Virus record (IMG/VR): IMGVR_UViG_3300030451_003166
Reading direction: 5' to 3' (one strand)
DNA from: an uncultured virus (IMG/VR IMGVR_UViG_3300030451_003166)
Taxonomy: Duplodnaviria; Heunggongvirae; Uroviricota; Caudoviricetes; Crassvirales
DNA: 64,000 bases
Shown: one piece after another, positions 1 through 8,122 of the stretch
Position numbering within the stretch: the stretch's first letter is position 1
How the letters are laid out: each line of letters opens with the position of its first letter
Program-made: the position numbers and the translations under genes
The notes under the pieces: generated by a model
The model's input: the letters and a program-made list of their open reading frames with translations, nothing else
What the model was told of the DNA's origin: nothing
The model's database searches: none

Positions 1-1
1 T

Positions 2-211
2 GATAAGTTTGTTGATAGATCAGATGTCGGCTACGAAAAGTATGGTCAAACATTGCACGATGAAAGAACATCAAACGTTAAAGGTTTGGCTGATTATTTA
101 AACGATATACAAGAAGAGCTTATGGATGCAATATTGTATATACAAACAGCTAGAGAAGAACTCGAAGAGTTAAAAGCTCTAAAAAACCCTTTCTTAAATG
201 AAAAGGCGTAA
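2..211 (+). CDS. 5'-truncated hypothetical protein, MazG-like/nucleotide pyrophosphohydrolase-like
   Basis: Open frame from window start, DKFVDRSDVGYEKYGQTL...EELMDAILY...EKA*; the R..G..KYG and EE..DA..Y pattern resembles phage all-alpha NTP pyrophosphatases. Confidence 0.45.
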   Translation, partial: DKFVDRSDVGYEKYGQTLHDERTSNVKGLADYLNDIQEELMDAILYIQTAREELEELKALKNPFLNEKA

Positions 212-647
212 GAAAAAAGGTCCTGTCAGAAGTAAGAAAGTTACTTTTGACGGGATCACATTCGCTTCTGGTTTGGAGCGTTATATGTATCAAACATTAA
301 AGAAAGCTAAAATACATACCGAATACGAAGGTTGTACGTTTATACTACAAGAAGGTTTTATGCTTGATAACAGATCATACGAAAGACAAAGTAATGGTAA
401 AGGTGATATGGTTGATAGAGGTAGTAAAAAAATTCTACCAATTAAATACACACCAGACTTTATTGGTTATGATTATGTTATTGAATGTAAAGGTAGAGCT
501 AACGAAAGCTTCCCATTAAGATGGAAAATGTTTAAAAAATATGTTAATCACAAGATGAAACATGTAACTTTATATAAACCTCAGAACCAAAAGGAATGCG
601 ACAAGGTAGTTGAATTAATAATTAAAAATAGAAAAAATGATAGATAA
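198..647 (+). CDS. PD-(D/E)xK endonuclease, T7 endonuclease I / Holliday junction resolvase-like
   Basis: F.S.LE, KYTPDF and IECKG motifs. Confidence 0.75.
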   Translation: MKRRKKKGPVRSKKVTFDGITFASGLERYMYQTLKKAKIHTEYEGCTFILQEGFMLDNRSYERQSNGKGDMVDRGSKKILPIKYTPDFIGYDYVIECKGRANESFPLRWKMFKKYVNHKMKHVTLYKPQNQKECDKVVELIIKNRKNDR

Positions 648-777
648 ATGGGCTTTAAGCTTTGGAACATTTCCTGGTTTACTTTTTGGTATGAGAAGTT
701 ATGTAGAAAAAACCAGAACTAATCACGTGTTATATCTACTTTTTGTAGATATTTGTTTAACAATATATAAAAACTAA
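637..777 (+). CDS. small hypothetical protein (46 aa)
   Basis: MIDKWALSFGTFPGLLFGMRSY...IYKN*; fills the gap between endonuclease and RNR. Confidence 0.5.
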   Translation: MIDKWALSFGTFPGLLFGMRSYVEKTRTNHVLYLLFVDICLTIYKN

Positions 778-779
778 AA

Positions 780-2648
780 ATGAATAAAAACAATAAAATA
801 CTATCAGATATTACCGTGCACATGAAGTATGCAAAGTTCATACCAGAACTCAACAGACGTGAGACGTGGGAAGAACTTGTCGACAGAAACAAACAAATGC
901 ACATACGTAAATATCCGAGTTTAGAAAATGATATAAATACTTACTACAAGTATGTATATGAAAAGAAAGTTTTACCATCTATGCGAAGTCTTCAGTTTGG
1001 TGGTAAGCCAATTGAAATTAGTCCTAACAGATTATATAATTGTGCATACTTACCTATTGATCACATTGATGCTTTCAGTGAGGTTATGTTTCTTTTATTA
1101 TCTGGTTGTGGCGTAGGTTATTCAGTGCAATTACATAGTATAAAAAAATTACCTGAGATTATAAAGCCACATACTAAAAGGTCTAGACGATTTGTTATTG
1201 GAGACAGTATTGAAGGTTGGTCTGATGCAATTAAAGTTTTAATTAAGTCTTATTTGGGTGATAAGAGATCATCTAAGATAAGTTTTGATTATTCTGATAT
1301 TAGACCAAAGGGAGCTAGGCTTGTGACATCAGGTGGTAAAGCACCAGGACCTCAACCGTTAAAAGAATGTTTAATTAAAATACAAGGAATATTAGATGCG
1401 AAACAAGATGGAGAAAAACTGGCGTCACTTGAAGTACATGATATTGTCTGCCATATTGCGGATGCTGTACTCGCGGGAGGCATACGACGTGCCGCTCTTA
1501 TATCGTTATTTTCGGCGTACGACGAAGAAATGATTTCATGTAAATCAGGTAACTGGTGGGAAACAAACCCACAACGTGGTAGAGCTAATAACTCTGCCGT
1601 TCTTATGAGACATAAAATAACTAAAGAATTTTTTATGGATCTTTGGAAACGTATAGAACTATCTGGTTCTGGCGAGCCTGGTATATACTTTAATAATGAC
1701 AAGGAGTGGGGAACAAACCCTTGTTGTGAAATAGCATTAAGACCATTTCAGTTTTGTAATTTATGTGAAGTAAATGTATCTGATGTAGAAACTCAAGAAG
1801 AACTAAATAATAGAGTTTCAGCAGCTGCTTTTATAGGAACGTTGCAAGCTGGTTATACAGAGTTTCATTATCTTAGAGAAGTATGGCAAGAGACTACAGA
1901 GAAAGACTCTTTGTTAGGTGTTTCAATGACTGGTATTGGTAGTGGTAAAGTTATGAAGCTAGATTTAAAACAAGCCGCTGATCAAGTTAAAATAATGAAC
2001 AAAGTTGTAGCTAAGACTATTGGTATTAATCCTGCCGCACGTACAACTTGTGTTAAACCAGCAGGGACAACGTCTCTTGTGCTCGGTACGTCATCAGGTA
2101 TTCACGCTTGGCATAATAAATATTATATTAGAAGACTTCGTGTAGGTAAAAACGAAGCTATATATAATTATTTAAAAACAAATCACCCTGAGCTTGTACA
2201 AGATGAGTACTTTAGACCTCATGATACAGCTGTTATTGAAATACCACAGTCAGCACCAAAAGGTTCTATTGTAAGAACTGAGTCCGCTTTTGATTTATTA
2301 GAACGCGTAAAACATGTTGCTGAAAAATGGGTTGACAGTGGTCATTTAAAAGGTAGCAATACACATAATGTTTCTGCTACTATAAGTTTAAAACAAAAAG
2401 ACTGGGAACCAGCTGGTGAGTGGATGTGGGAAAATAGAGAAAGCTATAACGGTCTATCTGTTTTACCTTATGACGGTGGTACATATACTCAAGCTCCTTT
2501 TGAAGATATAACTAAATCAAAATTTGATGAGATGACAAAAGCTCTTCAGGAAATTGATTTAACTAATGTTATTGAAGAGTTTGATGATACTGATTTATCT
2601 GGAGAACTAGCTTGTGCTGGTGGTGCTTGTGAAATAACAAGTTTATAA
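780..2648 (+). CDS. nrdJ: class II (adenosylcobalamin-dependent) ribonucleotide reductase
   Basis: NCAY, GTNPCCEI, VKPAGTTS and C-terminal CAGGAC motifs; no class I beta subunit adjacent. Confidence 0.88.
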   Translation: MNKNNKILSDITVHMKYAKFIPELNRRETWEELVDRNKQMHIRKYPSLENDINTYYKYVYEKKVLPSMRSLQFGGKPIEISPNRLYNCAYLPIDHIDAFSEVMFLLLSGCGVGYSVQLHSIKKLPEIIKPHTKRSRRFVIGDSIEGWSDAIKVLIKSYLGDKRSSKISFDYSDIRPKGARLVTSGGKAPGPQPLKECLIKIQGILDAKQDGEKLASLEVHDIVCHIADAVLAGGIRRAALISLFSAYDEEMISCKSGNWWETNPQRGRANNSAVLMRHKITKEFFMDLWKRIELSGSGEPGIYFNNDKEWGTNPCCEIALRPFQFCNLCEVNVSDVETQEELNNRVSAAAFIGTLQAGYTEFHYLREVWQETTEKDSLLGVSMTGIGSGKVMKLDLKQAADQVKIMNKVVAKTIGINPAARTTCVKPAGTTSLVLGTSSGIHAWHNKYYIRRLRVGKNEAIYNYLKTNHPELVQDEYFRPHDTAVIEIPQSAPKGSIVRTESAFDLLERVKHVAEKWVDSGHLKGSNTHNVSATISLKQKDWEPAGEWMWENRESYNGLSVLPYDGGTYTQAPFEDITKSKFDEMTKALQEIDLTNVIEEFDDTDLSGELACAGGACEITSL

Positions 2649-2654
2649 ATAAAT

Positions 2655-2684
2655 AAAGGGAGCTTAATTGCTCCCTTTTTTTTT
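2655..2684. terminator. intrinsic terminator between convergent blocks, probably bidirectional
   Basis: AAAGGGAGC-TTAATT-GCTCCCTTT hairpin followed by a T run and preceded by A-rich sequence. Confidence 0.8.
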
Positions 2685-2744
2685 AACACCAATAAGAATA
2701 AGTAAACCTGCTAAAATAGCTTTAACAATACAAATAGGACACAT
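2664..2744 (-). CDS. putative 26-aa membrane peptide
   Basis: MCPICIVKAILAGLLILIGVKKKGSN; ATG overlaps the endolysin stop (TAATG). Confidence 0.4.
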   Translation of the reverse strand: MCPICIVKAILAGLLILIGVKKKGSN

Positions 2745-3205
2745 TATAAATGTATATATTTAGTTCTACCGTTTACTTTCTTAGCTATAGTTAACTTCTT
2801 TCTATTAGGCCTATGTGTTACGTAGCTAACATGAACCCAGTTAGGATTTTTGTCATCACCAAACTCCCATATTAACTGGTCAAAGTCTAAATGATCTTTT
2901 ATAAACTCATACATTTCAGCGTTTGTACATCTACCAAAAGTATCGTCTATATCCATAGCTTGACCTTTCATGTGCTGTGAGTTTTTACTTCCACCAATAG
3001 CTGTGTTAACAGGTTCTCCTCTAAAAAAACTATTTATTTTTATTGGTCCTCCAACGTAAGCTCTAAGCGGTTCAAATATATTTTCGGCTACTTCTTTCAT
3101 ACACTTTAATTGATCTTCGTTAGGTGTATTATCTAAATCTAATCTTTCGCCTGTTCTGCTGTAAGTTCCTTCTTTCCAACTTACGTGTTTACTTATTTTT
3201 TCCAT
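2744..3205 (-). CDS. peptidase M15 family endolysin
   Basis: INSFFR...N.AIGG...SQHMKGQAMD and WVHVSY zinc-peptidase motifs. Confidence 0.85.
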   Translation of the reverse strand: MEKISKHVSWKEGTYSRTGERLDLDNTPNEDQLKCMKEVAENIFEPLRAYVGGPIKINSFFRGEPVNTAIGGSKNSQHMKGQAMDIDDTFGRCTNAEMYEFIKDHLDFDQLIWEFGDDKNPNWVHVSYVTHRPNRKKLTIAKKVNGRTKYIHL

Positions 3206-3206
3206 A

Positions 3207-3533
3207 TTATTCTAAAGTATAATGTAACGGTTTACCCGTACCGGTTGTTGTTATTTTTAATGAGTATATACTATTGTCAAAGTCTAATCCTTTTTCTATA
3301 ATTAAAGTAGTTGTAGCTGGAATACTTGTTTTAGCTATAATGTATGTGTTAGCACCAGCATCTTCAAAGAAAACTATAACTGAAACATCAGTACTCGTAT
3401 GTGTGTTTGTTAACACTAAACAGTTGTGATTACCATAATCATTTTCCCAAGCGTCACTTGTTGGTGCTGCTTGTATAGCTTTAATAGTAGTAGTAGTATT
3501 AGTTGTTATTACACCTCTTTTAGTTGCTCCCAT
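3207..3533 (-). CDS. hypothetical protein (beta-rich, possibly virion)
   Basis: ORF in late block, Thr-rich. Confidence 0.5.
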   Translation of the reverse strand: MGATKRGVITTNTTTTIKAIQAAPTSDAWENDYGNHNCLVLTNTHTSTDVSVIVFFEDAGANTYIIAKTSIPATTTLIIEKGLDFDNSIYSLKITTTGTGKPLHYTLE

Positions 3534-3543
3534 AATTTTTTAT

Positions 3544-4191
3544 TTAATTTGTAAATCCATAAAGTGTATAATTAAATCTTAAACTAGTGCTTGATCCAGA
3601 TGGAATAACAAATATTACCAACGCTTCACCCGCGTTAACTTGCCCAACATTTGTTAAGTTTTCTCCATCAGCATTAAAACCGTGGTTCGCGTTATCCATA
3701 GGATCTGTCGTAACGCTTAACACTTCTGTTAAACTAGATTGATCTGCTGCTACACTTGAAGGTCTAGTACATTTATAAACTTTAATATTTACAGTATTTG
3801 TTCCACTTGCTCCATTTGCACAATAAGCTCTTATGCTAATGTTTTTCATATTAACAGGCACTATGTGAAGAAATGTAGAATGTCTTGCGGGTCCTAAGTC
3901 TCCTAAATCTGCGGGCTCTGAAGTTAAATTATTTGTCCAAATATGATGATAAGGTCCATAGCTGTTATTTCCATAGTAATATCTACCAGATGTAAAAGTC
4001 GATAAATATCCCATAAACTGATGAATAATTACTGGCGAGCTATTATCTATAGTGTTTTTTACTATTTTATTATTTGCGTCTAAACCTAAATTACCACCAC
4101 TAGCTATAGTTCCTGTACTTACATCTTCTAAATAAACTTCGTTACGAAACCTAGATATAAAATCCCATATATGTTGACCTAACCATCTCAT
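3544..4191 (-). CDS. putative tail fiber/spike-associated protein
   Basis: Fiber-like N-terminal segment (GNLGLDANNKIVK) followed by a beta-sandwich-like C-terminus. Confidence 0.4.
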   Translation of the reverse strand: MRWLGQHIWDFISRFRNEVYLEDVSTGTIASGGNLGLDANNKIVKNTIDNSSPVIIHQFMGYLSTFTSGRYYYGNNSYGPYHHIWTNNLTSEPADLGDLGPARHSTFLHIVPVNMKNISIRAYCANGASGTNTVNIKVYKCTRPSSVAADQSSLTEVLSVTTDPMDNANHGFNADGENLTNVGQVNAGEALVIFVIPSGSSTSLRFNYTLYGFTN

Positions 4192-6428
4192 TGGAAGTAT
4201 TTTCTTTCTACAGTATTATCATTATATCTAAAGAATAAAACTTTATTTTTAGTAACCTTAGATGGTCTACCAAGTATATCTGTAACAGATATTAGTTTTC
4301 TATCAATAACTCTTCTAGGTAAAGGTCCAGTCCAAGTACCACTACAATAATCGTAAGTTGCTTGACATATATTATCCCACTCGACCTCACAACAATATTC
4401 ATCAACATCTACAACCCAAGAATAGCACTCATCGTTGAGCCAGTAAGGATTACCTGGACCAGTAATACAATTAGCAGCATATAAACAAGATAAAGAATCA
4501 TCAACATTAGCAGTTGGTTCGTAGTTATACGCTTCTGAATCCATGCAACCCAAAACCACTTCGATACACGAACCGTTATCCGTGTTAGCAAGTGGATCAA
4601 AGTTAAGAGCCAAACTATCCATACACCCATAAACATAAGCAATACAACTAAAATCCTCCGTGTTGGCTTGTGGGTTATAGTTAAGCATAGAAGGATCCGT
4701 GCAGCCATATATATAAGGTATACAAGAGCCGTTGTCAGCATTAGCTAGTGGGTTAAAGTTAAACATAGTAGAGTCCATACAACCAAAAACAAACGGATCA
4801 CAATCTCCATTGTCAGCGTTACATGTGTCGCAATAATTAAAAGCAGTAGGATCTAAACAACCATATATGTAAGGTATACATGTGTCTGGTGTGTTAGCTA
4901 ATGGATTATAGTTAAAAGCAAAAGCATCCATACAACCAGTGACAATAGGAATACAACCTCCATTATCTACATTAGCGCTTGCTTCGTAGTTAAAAGCTGT
5001 AGAATCAGTACAACCAAACACGGCTAGTGTAGCGCAGCTATCTTGAACCATAACGTCAGATATGTAACCGTTAGCAGTATCAACATGATACTCTAGATAA
5101 GCTGGTGATGTACAACCTGGATAATAGTAACAATCATCAGCTACGTTTGCTAAACTGTCGTAGTTCCAAGCTAAAGTATCTAAACAGCCATATACCTTTT
5201 CTATACACTCATCACCACAATATGTTTGTGCTGTGTAAACAAAGAAAGGTTGTATAAACGGTGGTTGAACACTTATAACTGTATCGCCAAATGGATTTAT
5301 TAAAGTAAAACCACACTCTAAAGCTGTCATGCTAGCTTGTTGGTTTATATAAAACTTAAACTTTACTTCGTCTGGTGCATTTAGCATTATAGGTATTGAC
5401 ACACCAAAACCAGCTGTAAGTATATAAGGTATTGTGTCTTCTTGATAAACTTCTAATCTACTACCAACCCAGCCATTACCAGCTAAATCATGCAGCTTTA
5501 ATTCAAACCAGCAACTATCTACATAATCCATGTAATTAGCTGTTGAGTCGTAATTAAATGCTGTTGTATCAGTACAACCTATTATTTTTAAAGTAGCACA
5601 GCTACTATCATCTACAGTGGCTATAGGATCGTATTCTAAATAATTATCGTCCGTACAGCCCAATACTGGAGGAGGCGGTGTGCACGTATCAGATAGTAAT
5701 ACATAATTAGAATCTGTCCCAAAGTTAGCATCTGTTCCATAAACTAAGGTATCGCCACACTGTATTACGTAATACGAACCATCTTGTCCTCCCCAAAGAC
5801 TACCAGCCATTCCATCTCCATATAAATCTTTTATGGTAAATACAAACTCTCCAACAGGCAAACATATAACATGTGTCTGTGGTTGGTAGTCAGGTGCGTT
5901 TGTATATGGTCCATTAGCAAATATAATATTTCCTAACGTGTCAGATATTTCCCAAGAAGTTTCTTCTGGGTATTGATCTGTATTTATTTGTATTAAAGTT
6001 GGTACGCAAGGTCCTATTGGTGGTGGTGGATTTGGAAAACAAGGTGGTACAGCTCTGGTTTGATAAATACCTGTAGAAAAAGTTATAGTTGGTTTGTTTA
6101 TTATAGTGTCCCCACAAACAGCAACGTAATAACTTCCGTCCATACCATCACCATAAGTATCTCTTAGTAAGAATACTATAGTAGAAACACTATCTGGAAT
6201 ATAACAAGTGTCAACATAACTAAAGTTAGGCTGTGTGTAGTGACCAGCAGGAACTTCTGCTATAGTGTCTCCATATAAACTATCTGCCATTAATATCCAA
6301 TAAGTCTCACTAGGATAACTATCGGTCTCTAAATGTACTGTAGTAACTTTTTGACCAAAAGCAGAGCTTAGGCCAAAAACTAATATCATTAATATTATGT
6401 ATATAAGAGTTGATTTATCTTTTTTCAT
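4188..6428 (-). CDS. secreted Cys-rich repeat protein with T9SS CTD-like C-terminus
   Basis: Signal peptide, duplicated TD.YP.ET.W domain, 11 GC(T/M/L)D..A.NY...AN-type repeats, C-terminal LISVTDILGR...LFFRYNDNTVERK. Confidence 0.65.
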   Translation of the reverse strand: MKKDKSTLIYIILMILVFGLSSAFGQKVTTVHLETDSYPSETYWILMADSLYGDTIAEVPAGHYTQPNFSYVDTCYIPDSVSTIVFLLRDTYGDGMDGSYYVAVCGDTIINKPTITFSTGIYQTRAVPPCFPNPPPPIGPCVPTLIQINTDQYPEETSWEISDTLGNIIFANGPYTNAPDYQPQTHVICLPVGEFVFTIKDLYGDGMAGSLWGGQDGSYYVIQCGDTLVYGTDANFGTDSNYVLLSDTCTPPPPVLGCTDDNYLEYDPIATVDDSSCATLKIIGCTDTTAFNYDSTANYMDYVDSCWFELKLHDLAGNGWVGSRLEVYQEDTIPYILTAGFGVSIPIMLNAPDEVKFKFYINQQASMTALECGFTLINPFGDTVISVQPPFIQPFFVYTAQTYCGDECIEKVYGCLDTLAWNYDSLANVADDCYYYPGCTSPAYLEYHVDTANGYISDVMVQDSCATLAVFGCTDSTAFNYEASANVDNGGCIPIVTGCMDAFAFNYNPLANTPDTCIPYIYGCLDPTAFNYCDTCNADNGDCDPFVFGCMDSTMFNFNPLANADNGSCIPYIYGCTDPSMLNYNPQANTEDFSCIAYVYGCMDSLALNFDPLANTDNGSCIEVVLGCMDSEAYNYEPTANVDDSLSCLYAANCITGPGNPYWLNDECYSWVVDVDEYCCEVEWDNICQATYDYCSGTWTGPLPRRVIDRKLISVTDILGRPSKVTKNKVLFFRYNDNTVERKYFQ

Positions 6429-6430
6429 TA

Positions 6431-6751
6431 TTAAAAATCGCTTAATATTAATTCGTCAATTTTATTTTGTATCTCTTTTCTTGTTGCTAACATTTTAAAA
6501 CTTAAGTCAGCTTGAAACCTAGCAACTTCTTCTCCGTCTTTCAATATAAGTATTGTTGGAACAACAGCTATTTTATATTTTTTTTGACAATCATCATGCG
6601 CAATATCCATCTCTTCTCTTTCAACATCACTAAGTTTTTCAAACCACTCTACATCATTGTCTGAGTTCCACTCTGCATTAAAGTGTATAGCTTTTATTTG
6701 CCCAAAGCAAATAGCTGGCAGGCAAAAAAGCATTAATAGTATTGTTTTCAT
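6431..6751 (-). CDS. exported thioredoxin-fold protein lacking CxxC
   Basis: Signal peptide, HFNAEWN and YKIAVVPTILILKDGEEVARF thioredoxin-like segments. Confidence 0.65.
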   Translation of the reverse strand: MKTILLMLFCLPAICFGQIKAIHFNAEWNSDNDVEWFEKLSDVEREEMDIAHDDCQKKYKIAVVPTILILKDGEEVARFQADLSFKMLATRKEIQNKIDELILSDF

Positions 6752-6757
6752 ATTAAA

Positions 6758-7036
6758 TTATTGATATAGTTTGTCTTCAATTTTTTCTAATGACTTCTTT
6801 ATCTCTTTAACATCTTCCTGCGTAGTCATAATAGTTTGTCTTATCATTTGATCTTTCATGTCAAACTCCATGCGAGTTACTTCTGGATCTGGTGGCGCGG
6901 GTAATTCTTTTGCTTCTGCTATATCTGCTTGCAAAGCAAACCACATACCTATGATTGTAGCCATACCAAAACCTATAGCTATTAACGTTTGTATACTAAT
7001 TTTAAAACTAGTATTTTCATTTAATTCTTTTGCCAT
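6758..7036 (-). CDS. single-pass membrane protein with C-terminal coiled coil
   Basis: Hydrophobic IQTLIAIGFGMATIIGMWF then heptads DVKEIKKSLEKIEDKL. Confidence 0.6.
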   Translation of the reverse strand: MAKELNENTSFKISIQTLIAIGFGMATIIGMWFALQADIAEAKELPAPPDPEVTRMEFDMKDQMIRQTIMTTQEDVKEIKKSLEKIEDKLYQ

Positions 7037-7038
7037 TT

Positions 7039-8088
7039 TTAAAAAATTATGTAGTTTATTCCAAATTTAAAATCGTACCACTGTCTATTCCAGTACTTGT
7101 TGTATTTACCTTCAACAAAAGCACCTAGGTGTTTGTTGTATTTATAACCAAATATAAGTCCACCAGAATAATCATACCACTGTTCGTCGTTGTTATACTC
7201 GTGATAAGAATATTCACCTCCGTCATCATAATGCCAAGGCATTAAATTACCCCATGCATGTAACCAAAAGTCTTTTTTGTAATGATAGTAGTCAAAACCA
7301 ACAACTACTGATTGTAACATCTTATCGTCTAGTTCATTTCTTTTCTTCTCTACATAATTTGAAAGCATTTCAGGAACAACAACAGCTTCCCAAACCTCTA
7401 TTGAAGTAGCAACTACATTTCCATCTGGATCATAGTACTCACTTTCAAACACGTCTATGTTGTAACCCTCTTGTATAGCTAAATAAGTATAATGTATGTC
7501 ACCGCTTTGTTCTATCCACTCTTCTAAAGGATCATAACCATAAGGTTCTGATAGTCTTTGCGCAACACCAACATTAAATGAAAGCTTACCTAGGTTGTAT
7601 CTATATCTTTGTGAGGTCTCTATATATTTTATATCAGCAAAACCGTCTTGTAAATATTCTCCTTTTAGTATGTAGTTATCCCCAACGTATCTTACAAAAT
7701 GATGTTGATCCATATATTCTACGCCTTCTTGTCGCTTCATATCTAGCTCAAATAAAAACTCTAAACCAGAAACTTTACCAATATTTGCACCATCAGACCA
7801 TGAATCTTCTGTACCATCATAAAACGTGTTAGCTCTATTCTCATAACCAAACCTAGCTATTTTACGTATACCAAAAGCTAAATTATAATCAAAAGGAGTT
7901 TTTATAGTATTAACCTCTAAGCCGTTAGCAACAGAAAAAACATCTACATCAGATATAGAAGTACCTCCACTAGCAGCAGCATAAAACGTAGAAAACTTAA
8001 AAGCTTTCTTCAAACCTTGTGAACAGCATTTTTTAGGAGCAGCACAAGAGGTAATAATTACCATCAATAAAATTATTAGTTTTTTCAT
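7039..8088 (-). CDS. putative outer-membrane beta-barrel protein
   Basis: Signal peptide with lipobox-like ITSC, alternating aromatic beta strands, C-terminal FKFGINYIIF beta-signal. Confidence 0.55.
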   Translation of the reverse strand: MKKLIILLMVIITSCAAPKKCCSQGLKKAFKFSTFYAAASGGTSISDVDVFSVANGLEVNTIKTPFDYNLAFGIRKIARFGYENRANTFYDGTEDSWSDGANIGKVSGLEFLFELDMKRQEGVEYMDQHHFVRYVGDNYILKGEYLQDGFADIKYIETSQRYRYNLGKLSFNVGVAQRLSEPYGYDPLEEWIEQSGDIHYTYLAIQEGYNIDVFESEYYDPDGNVVATSIEVWEAVVVPEMLSNYVEKKRNELDDKMLQSVVVGFDYYHYKKDFWLHAWGNLMPWHYDDGGEYSYHEYNNDEQWYDYSGGLIFGYKYNKHLGAFVEGKYNKYWNRQWYDFKFGINYIIF

Positions 8089-8093
8089 ATCTA

Positions 8094-8122
8094 TAAAATC
8101 ACTTGTATTGTTGTTTTTTTAC
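8094..8122 (-). promoter_or_regulatory. putative late-class promoter GTAAA-N15-GTGATTTTA
   Basis: Same motif and spacing as at 20005, 39143, 48390 and 52426. Confidence 0.5.

Noticed and set aside
4440..5670. GCxD repeats as a diversity-generating retroelement or DNA repeat array
   Set aside because: Repeats are degenerate at DNA level and protein-coding; no reverse transcriptase or TR/VR pair seen
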